NCBI GenBank assembly: GCA_013239625.1
Contig: MU053487.1
Coordinates: 2,687,058 to 2,751,057 of the forward strand
From: Lama guanicoe
Lineage: Eukaryota
DNA: 64,000 bases
Reading direction: 5' to 3'
The position numbers were made by a program, and so were the translations under genes. Below the pieces are notes generated by a model that was not told where the DNA came from, searched no databases, and was given only the letters and a program-made list of their open reading frames with translations. This document shows positions 24,824-38,087 of this stretch, in pieces; position 1 is the stretch's first letter, and every line of letters begins with the position of its first letter.

Positions 24824-25784
24824 GTGAGTAGCTCAGGGAGGGGACACGTAAGAAAGGGGAAAGGGTGGTGGTTACCGCCATGCTCCCCAGTGCTTGCTTT
24901 ACTGCTGGAAGGAAGAGTTTGTTGGCTTTTGCATCTGTTCTTCTACTCAGTTACACTCTGAGCCAAGGGCACCTCAGCATTGAGCTCCACACACACAAGG
25001 TGGGGAGGAGAACAGAGGAGGGGGCTGAGGTGAAGCTTTGTGATTTAATTAAAAGGCTGACAATTGAACCTTCATGGAAGCAAACGTTTTCTTTCCTATT
25101 GGAGCAATTGCTCAAGTTCAGGCAATTAGCCACAAAATGAGTGCAAGAGAATCCTGGTTTTCCATGGCTTTCCTTTGGACGAGGTCTCTGCATCCTGGTC
25201 ACAAAACTGGTTGCAGGTAGAAATAACAAGAGCCAGAGATGAGCACAACAGATGGCTCCCTAACACTGAGGTTTGATGAAACACTCAGAAAAATTTCCCT
25301 TATTTTCCCATCCTTTGTAATCCTCTAGGAAGAAGGTAGACACAACCTCAGTTAGCAGCCACCAGACCTGAATGACCCTGGGACAAGACCATGCTTACTG
25401 GAGAACAGAACAGAAGGTGTCTTTGCTCGTGTGCAGACCATATGACGGGGCTCCTTTCTTTAATTCATGCCCTAATGGCTATCCTTCTGGACTGAAAGTG
25501 AAGCTAAATTTAGCAAGGCCTCATGATGAGGCAACAGTGTTCTTTCACACTCATTATACTTAAATCTGGGGCATCTCTGACCCCTGTTTTGCATAGAGGT
25601 TCACTTGTGTGTTGGCCGGAGGGAGTTGCTCACGTGCCTTTTCCTTCCTGACGACAAGCCTTCTGCCCAGTAGCGCAGCCCGGGATCCCTTGACTCCGTC
25701 TTGGGGGTGTTACTGCTGTGTGCTCCCAGCTCTGTAGTCTGTTGCCAGGCCTGGCATATTATTTTAATACCTGAAACCAACTTT

Positions 25785-25900
25785 TGAGGCAGCTGATACC
25801 ATCACCCACATTTTATAGATGGAGAAACCGAGGGACAAAGAATTCATAGAACTTGCCAGGTCACAGGGTTCATAAACAGCAAAGTGTTTCTGAGCCCTGA
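25785..25900 (-). mobile_element. MIR SINE
   Basis: cattttatagatggagaaaccgagg...aacttgccaggtcacag. Confidence 0.7.
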
Positions 25901-26574
25901 GTTGAGGAGCTGACCTGCCTTCCCTGTGCGTGCTGTGGAGGCAGCGCTGAACACTGGGGGACCCCTCAGCTGGGCTGGGAGCCCTCCGGAGGAGAGGGGT
26001 CGGTCCGACATCCCCAGGGCTTGGTCTGGTGCCTAGTGCGTAGGAGGGACTCAGCACGTGCTTATTAGACCAGAGGATGAAGGTAGGGCAGAAGGGAGCC
26101 CAGTTTGGACGTGGCTTTAGGCCACAGCCCTAAGGTCCTCTGCACCTTAGGGCTGTGGCTTCTCCCTGTGTACCAGACAGGGGCCCTCGTGCTGTGGGAT
26201 TTGCAAGGGTCACTTGAAGCTCTGATATCACTCATAGTACTCTCAGGGAACGTGAGCCTCCAGTCTGAGAGAAATCGGCCACCTGGTGAGTGAGAGGTGA
26301 TCACAGTATGGTGTCAGTACAAAATGCAAACAGCTCATGATCCCAGTATTAGGGTTTGAGGGTGAGGACAAGGTTCAGAGAATATGTGACAGCCGGTACC
26401 AGCTTCCTTCTGCCAGCAAGGCTCCCAGAAAGCAGGAGACATTTAGACTAAGCTCGGGCAACTTCACCTTTGTTTCTAGATCCCTCTTGTATCCACATTT
26501 TTGCTCAGCCATTCATCCACCCATGCACCCACCATCACCTTTTTTCTGCCTTCTCTTAGGAGTAGGTGTGCTGT

Positions 26575-27150
26575 AATAGTTTTGGAGACACACAGATTGG
26601 TTTTGAATCTTGCTGTATGATCCTGGGCACGCTGTTTAAACACGTTTAGTCCCTGTTTCCATATCTGTAAAATGGAAGCAATAATCGTACCTTCTTCATA
26701 GAGTTGAAAGACTGAAAGAGACAGTGACATCTAAAGACGTGTAGACAAATATTTGTAGCAGCTTTATCCATAATAGAGCTGAAACAACTAGAAACAACCC
26801 ACATGCCCAGCAGCAGGAGAATAAAGACATTACAGTATATTCGTACAGTGGAATGTACTCAACTACTAGAAACTGTTACCAGACTCAGCAACTTGAGTGA
26901 ATGTCACAGATGTCATGTTGAGTGAGGTTTAGACCAGACAAACCTAATATGTGGTGATAGAAATCAGAATAGTGGTGGTGTGGGGGTTAGTGGCTAGGAG
27001 AGAAAGGGACCCTTCTGGGCTTATGGCTCTGTGGTTATATTCACTCTGGGTGGTGATTGCAGATTATGTGTGTGAGCACACATTTGTTAAATTTTGCACT
27101 TCAGGTGAGTGTCTTTTACTCTATGAAAATTGTAACTCCAAAGGAAAAAA
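26575..27150 (+). mobile_element. MIR (about 26575-26735) followed by an L1M 3' fragment (about 26735-27150)
   Basis: MIR core gtttccatatctgtaaaatgg, then L1-like gcagctttatccataatag, tacagtggaat and gtggtgatagaaatcagaatagtgg. Confidence 0.6.
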
Positions 27151-27387
27151 AAAAGCATTTGTTCCAAATCAGGACATTCAGAAAGCACTCTTTCCTGCCC
27201 TGATGTCCTTGTGAACATGTCATGTCTTTTTGTGAGCTGAGTCGTTCCAGCAGGAGAGGACTGACAGCTGCCATTTGTAATTTCTGGTCCGAGAGTAACT
27301 GGATCATTATTGTCCAGATGAGGGATGTTTGAGAAACTGTGTCCTCTGATGAGTCTTTTTCTTCTTTCTCAACCCTGTCCTTGGCAG

Positions 27388-27473
27388 GCTACGCAGTTAC
27401 CGCCGGCCACTTTGCTCACACATCCACCACCGACGTGGTGGGAGGCGCCCCCCAGGACGAAGGCGTCGGGAAG
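27388..27473 (+). CDS. ITGA9: ITGA9 exon 7 ((G)YAVTAGHFAHTSTTDVVGGAPQDEGVGK)
   Basis: ttggcag acceptor; AAG|gtgagg donor; 86 nt; FG-GAP repeat. Confidence 0.96.
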
Positions 27474-29433
27474 GTGAGGAGGAAAGTTTGTGGGACAGCG
27501 CTGGGTCAGGCGGCTGGGGTGGGGGTGCGTACTGCCGCTCTCAGAGAGGTTTCTCAGTTCGCTCTGATGTGATTTTCTGCGGGGCGGCTGGCATGTAAGG
27601 GGGGTGATGGAATATTGAGGAATCGCCTGTCTGTCTCCGTTGAACCACTTTTGAGAATTTCCCTAGAGAGCTTAATCAGAGTGTGAAAGCGATGACTCCC
27701 AGACCTCTCCATTCTCTGCACTTTGTCACCTGAGGATGCTTTTCATGGCTGACTCTGTATGAGAGATGACTAATCCTGACCCCTGGCATCATGACGTCCT
27801 CCCAAGGAGAGGGGCCCATCACTGTCCAACTTCCAACCCTCCATGCCCCGGACCTTTCCTGAGTTTATCTTCGGGCCTAGATTCTTACATTTATTTCCCC
27901 AGTTTCTTAGATCCAACACCGGTGCAGCCCAGAGGCTGGCCTGGGAATATATGGGTCTCTTTTCCCTAAAGCGTCTGCCCTGAGTGTGGGAGAGACCCCG
28001 TGGATGTAGGGTGTTGAGGATCCCTTTGGGAGTCACGGCCTCCATGGAGCCTGGAGTGTGGAGCACTGGCTTGTAGGAGCTTCGCCTCCAGGTGAAAGGA
28101 AAGCCAGGGGAGTAGGTCCGGATAAGTTGGGAATCTGCATTTTTGCACGCTCCACAGATTGTCTGATAAGTAAGACAGAACAGAGCAATGATCTTTGGGT
28201 CTGAGCCCACAGCGGGTGGACCTATGATGGAACCTGGCTGTATCTCCGAGGGCTCAGAAGTGGCGTCTGGATTCTGGAGGGGCCCAGATGCCCCAAGACC
28301 AGTGTTAATTAGAGCCTTCAGCTGGGATGGCAGTCTGATTGGCTGCCCAGGCTCAACTGCTGTGCATCCTGGAGGGTCCTTTTCCTGGATCCTTCTTGCA
28401 GGAGTTGGGAGCCCCGCTACTCACGTGTCTGGGCACATCCCTCCCTCCCCGTTAACACCGATGCTGTTTCCCTGGAAAACGAAGCCAGGTCAAGACCCAG
28501 GGCACTGAGCACAGGGGCAGCGTGCAGACAGACTCTGACAACTTCAAGCAAGGGATGGTTCTCTCCGAGTCACATGAATTCCTCTGTCAGGAGGAGGGAA
28601 AGGCACCAAGGGCCGTCCCCACATTGATAATATCTTCCGGGGGAGGAGCTGTGCGTGACCGGGGGTCTCTGGGGCGCTGGCAAACATGCTTACCTTCCAG
28701 TTCACATTGTGGAAGCCTCAGTGCTGTTGATAGCAGCCTTTTTTTTTTTTTCCAGAAAGCGATCTAATTTTATTGTTTTCTCTTCCACTGTCTGTGATAA
28801 ATGCATAGTCCCTGTCAATTCTTACAAAGAGGAGGGTATTTATACCTGCTAGAGCCAGATGGAGGGCGTCTTGGATCCAGTTAGCAAAAAAGAGCATGAA
28901 GATGCTGCTTGCAGTCGAAGCACCTGAGAGGCACTGGGGAAACTGGACGTAGTTGGCCAAGTTGCTGGGTGTTCCACATCCCCAGGCCTGGGAGCTGGTA
29001 CAGACTTGCTTCCCAAGGACCCCAGGACAGACCTCTGGCCTTCAGGATTTCAATGGTTGTCATTTCTAGTGTCAGAACAGGAAAGCACTCACACTAAGGT
29101 GGGGGTTCCTTACCACACGGAAACGGCCTCCACTGTGGTTCTTGGGGACTGGTCCCTCTTCCTGTGGGACGCAGCTTGGGGAAAGAACTTCCATAGCCCT
29201 GTCATTTAGGAAGTTCTTCACAAACATTCCTCTTTGTGGTGGAGATTCATGCTGTAAATGCCCATGCTAAAGGCAGTGAAAAGTCCCCAGCAGAGGAACT
29301 TAATGTTTAAGTTTGGCATTTCCCAAACTAAACTCAGAGTGGCCCAAGCCAACCTCAGGACGCTCATGTTCTGCACAGTCACTTTGGAAAACTGCTTTGT
29401 CTCAAATACTCACCTCCATCCCTCTGTCTTACA

Positions 29434-29788
29434 CAGTTGGCCCTCCCTATCTGTGGGTTTCTGCAGCTGCAGATTCAACCAACCACAGATAGAAAATATT
29501 TGGGGAAAAAAAATTTTCGGAAGTCCTAAAAGCAAAGCTTGAATTTGTCAGGCATAGGCAGCTGTTTACTACATAGCGTTTACATTGTATTTACAGCTAT
29601 TGATACAGCATTTACATTGTATTAGATACTCTAAGTAATCTAGAGATGATTTCAAGCATGCAGAAGGATGTGCTAGGTTATACACAAACACTGTATATGC
29701 CATTTTACATAAGAGACTTGAGCATCTGTGGATTTTGGTATCCTAGCGGCCCTGGAACCAATCTCCTGAGGATACCAAGGGACGACTG
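29434..29788. mobile_element. Tigger3a/MER7A-like TcMar-Tigger MITE, essentially full length
   Basis: Imperfect TIRs cagttggccctccctatc and gataccaagggacgactg followed by TA; internal gattcaaccaacc and taagtaatctagagatgattt motifs. Confidence 0.85.
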
Positions 29789-30145
29789 TATTGTGATCCT
29801 TGCTAAGGCTCTAACTAATAGAAATGAAGATGTTTCAAGGAAGGAAATACTTTTCCCAGGAGTTGACTTGTTTACTTGTAATTTGGAAGCTCCTTGGGTC
29901 TTATTGGATGTCACTTCCATAAACAGTGTGATTCAGGAGCCACGGAGGTGACTTCTGCCTCAGGATTGAAGGACATTTTCTTTGCTAAGTTGGTGAAATG
30001 CGAGCTGTGCTGACTTCTTTGTTCTCAGCCAGCCTAGTATAGACACACCTGTGCATGTCTAAGGACCTCCCCCCAGGAGGATGCTGGTAGATATCTTTGG
30101 TCATTAAGCCCATCTTAACTAGATTTTTTTTTTCTCGTTCCATAG

Positions 30146-30214
30146 GTTTATATTTTTAGAGCTGACCGAAGATCAGGCACCTTAATTAAGATTTTTCAGG
30201 CATCAGGTAAAAAG
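30146..30214 (+). CDS. ITGA9: ITGA9 exon 8 (VYIFRADRRSGTLIKIFQASGKK)
   Basis: T-tract plus ttccatag acceptor; AAG|gtgaga donor; 69 nt, phase 0 to 0. Confidence 0.95.
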
Positions 30215-31814
30215 GTGAGATTCTTGGCATTAGTTTCTTTTTTGTTTTTTGTTTGAGAGATATATTCATGTGGGAGTCAGTTCTTACTTTTTACAAAGTT
30301 GGTTTCAAGCCCTGTCTGTGCCCTACGTTTTCATGCCGGCTCTGTTGCACGTTGGAGCCTTTATCTTCTCAGCTTTGCGTGTAACCTTGCAGCTCGCTGG
30401 GATTCACGCTTGTGGTAGAGACATGCAGCAAGATGAGTTTGTCCACGGACAAGTTTACAGCACAGAGTCCTAAAACCTTGTCCATGGTTCAGAGACTCAT
30501 CAGAATGACTGCGTGCTCTGGTTTTCTCTGCCTTTCTCTACCTTTCTGCCCCCTTGTCCGTCTCCATCTGCCTGTCTTTCTCCCAGCTCCAGGCATTGTT
30601 GAGTGCAGGCAGCAAACCCCTGATGTATGGCCAGTTACTTTCAAAGGAGGCACGCAGACAGATGGTTCTCACTCTCCTTATCTCATCAGCTCCAAATTGC
30701 CCTCCTCCTACACACCCAAGCCCTCTGCCACCATCGCCATGGGAACTGTTGCCGCACAAAGGAAAAATCAAACAAAAATCACCCATTTCCTTTTAGAACC
30801 TTGAAATGGAAATCGTTGGGGAGGGCTGCCCTGAAATCCTGGGCAGGGTTTATCTGTCAGTGCCATCTTGCTATCCTTGCTAACCCTCTCTCCATTTCCT
30901 GACGTTTCCATTACATTGCACCACAGTCTGAAATTAGACCAGGTAGAGATGCCTTGGGTTTATAAGCACCACTGGCTTATCAGGGGTGCACACCTTAATG
31001 TGGCTTAGAACGGCAGTATTGTTTGGTGAGACTGGCTGCTCTAAGGGGTCACACGTTTAGGCAGGGAGATGAAGGCTGTAATTTGGAGACTTCCTTCGGT
31101 GGAGGCCTTCGTGAGCTCTAGGAAGAAGCACAGGACACCTGGGACTCGGGAGGGAGATTCAAGGAGATGGGAGAATGTCAGAAAGTGATTTGACCCACTA
31201 TTACCCTAAGAAAAGGGGGAGAAAATGGTTGTTCCTTCCTGGCTAGGCTGTGTGCCTCCAGTTCGGGCTCTGCTGTGAGAGACCTGTCCCCTGCCAGCCT
31301 GGCATCATTACTTACTGTTCTGGTGAATCCTATTCTGAGTTCCAAAAATCCCACTCACAAGTAGACCCTTTTGCTATTTTAACAACCTCACTGTGTGTAT
31401 ACTTAGAATATAGCTGTCATAACCTTTTCCATAAAAAATACATCACCAAGCTCGGTTGTGTGTAAGTTTTCCCCAAGAATAGCTCTGCCCTCCCCTGGGG
31501 AACTCTGTTGGCCTGCTGTTGCTTTTAACATTTCCAAAACCCCAAAGCACCAACCCTGGAAAGTGACTGAGCGATTCTGCAAAAAAGGATTTCCTAACAC
31601 CTCTGAAGTTAAAAAAGAAACAAAACTCCATGCCGTTTGTGAGAAAAAAGACTCCCAAAGAGCAAGTAGGGTATAAATGCTGCTAAGCCTAACATTTTAG
31701 CTGTTTCTCCAAAAAAAAAATAAAGGGGTTAGTGTCTCTTCTTGCAAATCCTCCCTCCCTCTGCTTCCCTTTCAACATACTTGGGCTTGAAAGGATAAAA
31801 TTCAAGGACTTTTT

Positions 31815-31965
31815 CCCTGCCAGCTTTAGTGAGATGTAATTGCTATGTAATATATTTCAGTGTAAGGTGTACAACGTGATTGTACACCATGGTACATGGA
31901 TATTCTGTGAAGTGATCAATATTGAACTCACAGTAAGGTGACTTAGCACATCCATCACCTTACTC
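31815..31965 (-). mobile_element. L1 3' end fragment
   Basis: cagctttagtgagatgtaattg...taaggtgtacaacgtgat...acatccatcacct. Confidence 0.6.
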
Positions 31966-31977
31966 AACTGCTATTTC

Positions 31978-32126
31978 TTTATTACTTTTTATTTTTTTTG
32001 TTGTTATTTTGTTTTTTTGGGGGGGTAATTGGGTTTACTTATTTTTTTGATGGAGGTACTGGGGATTGAACCTAGGACCTCGTGCGTGCTACGCATGCGC
32101 TCTACCACTGGGTTATACCCTCCTCC
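31978..32126 (-). mobile_element. vic-1-type tRNA-Ala-derived camelid SINE
   Basis: The minus strand reads gagggtataacccagtggtagagcgcatgcgtagcacgcacgaggtcctaggttcaatccccagtacctcc plus tail; TSD ctcaactgct(a/g)ttt at 31963 and 32127. Confidence 0.88.
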
Positions 32127-33759
32127 CTCAACTGCTGTTTTTTTTTTTTTTTAAGGGCTTTTGAAAGTGAATTGCGGAGCTTAAATACCTGTCACCCTAT
32201 TTTTAGAATATCTTCATGTTCAACTGTCTCTATGCCTCTCACTTGCTTCCTGCACTGCCCCTGGCCCCCACTCCCTGCTGCCTGTGCCCAGGACAGGCTC
32301 CTTCTCAGAACCCCCCCGGTTTGGGTGATAACTGTCCTGGCCGTCCGTCTGCACCTGGGTAGGGGCAGGTTTGGGGCAGTAGATTTGAGAGTGAGTGATG
32401 TGAAGGAAACGTCTGTGAACCCGCTTGTCCAGCCTTCCCCAGGACTTGATGACTTGGGGTTCCAGCACTGACTAGCCTGCACGTCCGCTGGAGGGTTCTT
32501 CCTGTGACACGACGGGGCTCCTGAGGAGGGGACTGAGGGTCCAGGTGTCTCACCTCCCAGCTCCAGAGCTGTCGTTTGTTCTCCTTGGGGCTCTTGTCGC
32601 CTTCACCTCAAACCGTCTGGAGTTGTTCCTTCTCTCTGCACTTGCTCCTTCCTGCCCTGTTGTTTCACCGCCTTCCAGCTTCACCCCCATCACCATCTTC
32701 CTGATTTTGAAACAGACCACTACTCCTTTTAGATGTCTCATTCTGCTTTTTGCCACAAGAAATGAGAAATTCTTGTCCCTCTGACTTCTCCCTTATTTCA
32801 CCGGAAAAGGACGTGACCCCAGGCTTTCAAAGGATGCCTTTAGCTTTACCCCTGTGTCCAGAGCCACACACACAGGAGGGTTCTGACTCAGAAAACTACT
32901 GAGGTCCACGTTGCTTTCGTGTGGCCAGGATCTGCTCAGAGAGTTCTGTCTCCTGGCCTCACTGTAAGAGAAACAAAACCTAAAACGCTCTGGTCTTTAC
33001 TGGTTGATGTCCTTCACATAGTGCTTGTAAGAGGTCGCCAGTACATGTGAAGTTCAGTTGCTAGTAGAGACACGTGTCCCTCTTATTTTCAGGCTGGTGG
33101 GAGAGCTCTGATCAAGGAACACTCACCCTAGAGCATGTCATTGCCATATTGAAGTTTTATTGCGTTAACTGAGTATGTGAAGTGTTTATATGTCAAAACT
33201 TAGATAGGAAACTTCATGTACAGGGATTTCTGATTGAACACCGATGAAGATGCCAAGTTAAATAGTCCACTGGAATGAAACAAATAGTTCCCCTGGGGCT
33301 CAGCCAGAGAACAGCCAACAGCTTTGGTCTTCGGGGCCTCGCCTGGGTCTTACCAGTGTATTTTACTAAGTCAAGATAGGGACGTTGGCAAGGCCAGTGA
33401 ATTGGTGACTGACAGCTGGTTTCTGACCCCTGCCCCCCCCCCCGCCCCCCACCCCGTTGTATTCCCCATGATTCTAAAACTTCCCCGTGCCTTCTCCCTT
33501 GAGGGGGTGGGGACTGGGTTGGAAGTGGCCTTGGCATGTGACTGGGGAGGGACTTCTGAGTCCCGTCCCAGGGTTAACTGCAGGAAATAGACCAGAGTAC
33601 CTCTGCCTCTCTCAGACTCCTGGGATTTGCTGCCAGCAAACTTTAACAGCAAAAAAAAAAAATAATAATAAAAAAATTGTTCATGTCCATAAAACCAGAG
33701 CCCTTTTATTTGAAAACATTTATTTTAAAAAGACAGCTTTTTTTTTTTTAAATTAAAAA

Positions 33760-34162
33760 CAGAGGTTGCAAACTGGGCATCTTGGGAAAGGCTACAGCCT
33801 ACAAAAATTCTCATTTGGCCTGCACGGTATGTTTGTTTATTATCGTTTTTTAATAGGAATTAGCTGTCGGCATTTTAAAAATAGGCAATTCAAGTAATTA
33901 GAGTTTTGGCTTCTCTTGAACAATGAGAAGGTTGGCTTTTTCTAGGTCAGGCAGAAGTTGAGTGCACCTGGCGGGGAGTGGCTCCTTTGGCTGGGTCTGT
34001 GAACTCCAGTTTGCCGCAGGCTCCACCATACTCTATTGTTTCTTAGACACAGAAGCCAAGCGTCACTTGCTGCCTGTAAGCCTGCTTGCACTATTTGCTT
34101 TTTTCTTATACCTGTGGTATCACCTGCCTGGATCCCATTTGTCTTTGGGTCTGAGACCCCTG
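33760..34162. mobile_element. MER102-like hAT-Charlie element
   Basis: cagaggttgcaaact...tttggcctgcac start and gagacccctg end (imperfect TIRs). Confidence 0.6.
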
Positions 34163-34182
34163 ACTTAAGATAACAGGTAATG

Positions 34183-34557
34183 ACTCAGAGAAAGTGATAT
34201 CACATGATATCACTTATATGTGGAATCTAAAGAAATGATACAAATGAACTTATTTAAAAAACAGAAAGAGTCACAGACATAGAGAACAAATTTACAGTAA
34301 CCAAAGGGAGGAAAGGGGGAGGGATAAATTAGGGGTTTGGGATTAACAGATACACACCACTATACATAAAATAAATACGGACTTACTGCTTAGCACAGGG
34401 AACTATAGTCAATATCTTGTTATATAACCTATTGGGAAAAGGATCTGGAAAACAGTCTGTGCATATCTATGTCTGAATCACTTTGCTGCACACCTGAAAC
34501 TAACCCAACACTGTAAATCAACTGTACTTCAATAAAAAATAGTAAAAAAAAAATTAA
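34183..34557 (+). mobile_element. 5'-truncated L1 3' end (cetartiodactyl type) with A-rich tail and TSD
   Basis: gatatcacttatatgtggaatctaa...gaatcactttgctg...caataaaaa; TSD core ataacaggta at 34170-34179 and 34558-34567, preceded by a TT/AAGA endonuclease-like site. Confidence 0.88.
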
Positions 34558-35159
34558 ATAACAGGTACTGGATTAAGCTATGATTAAGCCAATATAAGCT
34601 GGCTGTGTTCCCTCATCCATCAAGTAGTTTTATGAGCTGTACCTTTTTTTTGTTACTTCGGCTCAGGCCTTCCTAACCAAGCTGAGCTTTGCACAGGGCT
34701 GGGAGAGGCTAATCCGTTTCCCCACGTAACGTTTATTTTCATGCCTGCCTTGGGTCGTGAAATTCCATATTCCTAACTTGCTGGGCCTTGTCAAGGATCT
34801 GATATATGAGGCATTTTTATTACTGTCGTAACCTATATTTGCAGCCTTGCGTTTGTAAAAACAGGACCTCGTTCTTCGCTCTTCGGGGATCCGTCTTTTT
34901 GTTTCTCCCTCGGTGGGGCTCCAAGCTGGTTAGCTTGGGCCTCACGTGGACTGGGGGCCCTGCCTGGCTGCTGGGAGGCCCAGGAGGTCGGGGATCTCAC
35001 TGCTGCCTGGGCATTCTGGCTTACAGGGCCGTGCAGCCGTCCCAGCCTCCGAGGGGCTTGCAAGCAGGTGTTTGTGAGGCTGGCGGGCTGGAGGAAGGCG
35101 AGGGCCTCCTGCGTGAGGGCAGACACTGAACGCTTTGTTGCAACTCGACTTGGTTGCAG

Positions 35160-35297
35160 ATGGGCTCTTACTTCGGCTCCTCCTTATGCGCAGTTGACCT
35201 GAATGCGGACGGCCTCTCTGACCTGCTGGTGGGGGCCCCCATGTATTCTGAGATCAGGGACGAAGGGCAGGTCACCGTCTACATCAACAGAGGAAAT
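35160..35297 (+). CDS. ITGA9: ITGA9 exon 9 ([46 protein letters not shown])
   Basis: ttgcag acceptor; AAT|gtgagt donor; 138 nt; FG-GAP repeat with Ca2+ loop DLNADGLSD. Confidence 0.97.
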
Positions 35298-35569
35298 GTG
35301 AGTACAGAGCGGGCAACATGTGGACGGGGTATGGGGGAGGGATACTGGCCCAGGGAGTGGTGACTGAGCCCCATTTCCCAGAGGAGGTGAAAAGACATGC
35401 TTCTTAGCTTTACAAAGCTCATTGTTCCATTAATGAAAAAGTACATGCAATGTTATGACTGCAAACATAACAGGGGTCAAGAAAAATCTCAGTGATTAAT
35501 GTTGAGTCCCAGAAACTGTTTCTCCTGCTTCCCTGTGGATGATTTCAGTGTCATCTGCACAGGGTATCA

Positions 35570-35685
35570 GGGGGTCCCCATTTTAAAACTGAGTGAGATT
35601 CAGAGAGGTTAAGTAATCTGCCACAAATCACACAGGAAAGAAATGGCAGGGCTGGGACTTGAATGTGGGATTCTTCTCTAGGTTA
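35570..35685 (-). mobile_element. MIR SINE
   Basis: tccccatttta...cagagaggttaagtaatctgcc...tcacacag...ggcagggctgggacttgaa. Confidence 0.7.
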
Positions 35686-36129
35686 TGCTGTCCCCCTGGG
35701 AGTATTCGCACATCTGCCCAGGGAAGCAGAGCAGCCTTCTCAGAGGACACAGTGGCTGAAGGGAGTCTTGAAAAAGAATAGGAGTTAGGCAGACAGGCAG
35801 GCGTGGGTTGGGAGCTGGCAAGGGGATTGAGATGTGAGGCGGCAGGACCAGGACCACTTAGTGCAGTGTGGTGGCACTGGGGGTGGTGGGGTGGGGGCCA
35901 TGGCTATAATTGTCATGTCCCTTATCCTGCAGAATCCTGAAAAGGTTGTAACCAGGTCAGAAAGATATCTCTGCAGCAGAGCGGACGGTGGGTAGAAGTC
36001 GGGGCTGAGGAACAGCAGGGCACCACTGGGGGCAGGAGACCAATGAGAAAGCAGAATCTTTTCAGGATCTAGAAGAAAGATTATTCCCCCAGAGAGAAGT
36101 GGTTAAATGTGTAAGTTCTGTTACCACCA

Positions 36130-36340
36130 GCCTTTTAGCTAACATGAGAAGATGCTTATGAGATGATCAGTGAAAAAGCAGGATAAAAATTACATATACA
36201 AACAACCTTTAAAAATACACAAAATGCGTAGAGAATGTTAATAACATCTCTCTGGGTGGTGGTGCTTGGGTAGGTTTTTAGTTTTGACTTTATCCAAATA
36301 GCAAGAATATAATTCTTTCATAATAAAAATAAAAAATCAG
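36130..36340 (+). mobile_element. Old L1ME-type 3' end, flanked by L2-like remnants
   Basis: gtgaaaaagcagg...atgttaataacatctctctgggtggtgg...tttcataataaaaat. Confidence 0.5.
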
Positions 36341-36939
36341 TGAAAGTGTACTTTTTAAAGCAGTGACCAAGATGCTAGTTACCGCAGTCGGGAAGGGGTG
36401 GTGGTGTTTAACTGTAACTAGGTGGGCAGATGTCAGAAAGAAAGGGCAGTTATTTAGAGAGGAGCCAGGGGAAGTTAGAGCCTTGGGCTTCTTGGATCTT
36501 TGTAGATTGTTCGGAAAGGTGGATCTAAAACCCGGGAGGGGAGATGCTTCCTGTACCTACTGCAGTGACTCATAGCAACTACATCCGCATGGACTTTCCA
36601 GGGAGGGGGACAGGGCAAGCGAGGGGAGAAATGAGGTGGTTGTTACGGAGACGAGAACAGCAGGCATTCAGTGGCCACCATATTTGCAGGAGACGGACAC
36701 ATTTGCATGGGTGTTAACTTGTTAGGCAGTAAGGTGACCAGCCCAGCAGCCCCATGTGTGTTGAAAGCGGGGTATGAGATCATGGAGCAGAATAATCCCA
36801 CAGCCTTATCCGGGCACATTGTACCCACACGTCCCACCCCCACCCCCGAATGGTGTTTCTTAATGCAGTGTGGTTGCTGTAAGTACCAGGTTGTTCTTAT
36901 TTCTGTTGACCCTCATCCTATGAGATTGATGACTACAGG

Positions 36940-37150
36940 GCGGTGGAAAAAACAATGACTTCGGAGCTCCGTGGACTTGCCTTTGAGTCTCGGTGTTGCC
37001 ACTGACTAGCCTGTGTGATGTGGACCAATAGCTGAAATCAGTAGCTCAATTTCCTCATCTGTAAAGTAGAGGGAGTCACAAGGTCTTCCTCATAGTCCTT
37101 GTGTGATTTAAATGAGGAGGTGTGCACACAGTGCCTGGTACCTACAAGGA
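36940..37150 (+). mobile_element. MIR SINE
   Basis: gccactgactagcctgtgtga...ctcaatttcctcatctgtaaa...cacagtgcctggta. Confidence 0.7.
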
Positions 37151-38087
37151 ATCAAGGTTTTCTCTTCTCTTCTTCACCACATGGGTGGCATAAAATCAAC
37201 ACATATTTGTGTTGTGGGGTGGGGGTTTCATTGACTTAAGAAATCATCATATCTTTATTGCACATTGTTTGTGTATAGTGGGGAAAAGATTTAATCATAA
37301 TGAGAGCCTTGCGATGGCTTGTGGGTATACGGCAGGTCTGGAGTGCCCCTACGCGGGGGCAGGGTTACACACTCTCCAGCCTCAAAACATCAGATTGTGT
37401 TTTAAGGCTCTGATACTCACGTGTCAGTGATTTGAGGGTAGGGTGTGTATGGCTGTTACTGCCACTGCCACCGTCACCACGGACCCCCTCCCTCTGCTAG
37501 CTGGTGTTTGCTCAGGAAATTCAAGCCGGACGTGACAAAGGGTGCAGTTGTGTGCCCCAATATCACCACTGCCACCCCCTGACCAAACACTCCTGGGTGC
37601 TGGGTTTTCTGAACCATGACGCCCTCTGTCGGGATTACTAATACAGACACCCAGCAAAACAGCTTTGTAAACTTGTACCGAAAGTCTCAGGAGAGAAGCA
37701 GCAGAAATATGTACTCCCTTTAAAACAACTTTGGGGATATTGTGGGGAGAGGATCCCGTGGGGGCAGGTAGGTAGGTTGTTTGGCTGATAGGTTGGGTCA
37801 CAGGGTGTTGGGACAAGGGTGGGGTTCACTCATCGGCCAGCGGCGAGTCTCCTTTCCACCAACACATGTCTCAAGCAGTTGGAGACCCTCCTGGCACCCA
37901 GGTAGAAGGGGCTGCTTTTGCCAGCAGGGGATGGAGGTTTGGGTGCCTGGGACTCTGCCCAGGTGTTTCCTGTCCACGGGTGTGCTGCGGGGGAAGGTGG
38001 CATTCCCAGCTCTGTTTTCATTCTTTTTTTGGTTCATTCTGTTTGTTTTTGTTTTGTTTTCTGTCTTCCCTCCATCCTGTTTCCCAG

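Noticed and set aside
32050..32126. tRNA-Ala-like sequence (also near 15260, 23240 and 42720)
   Set aside because: The copies have SINE tails, mostly have TSDs, and have imperfect stems; they are SINE heads, not tRNA genes.
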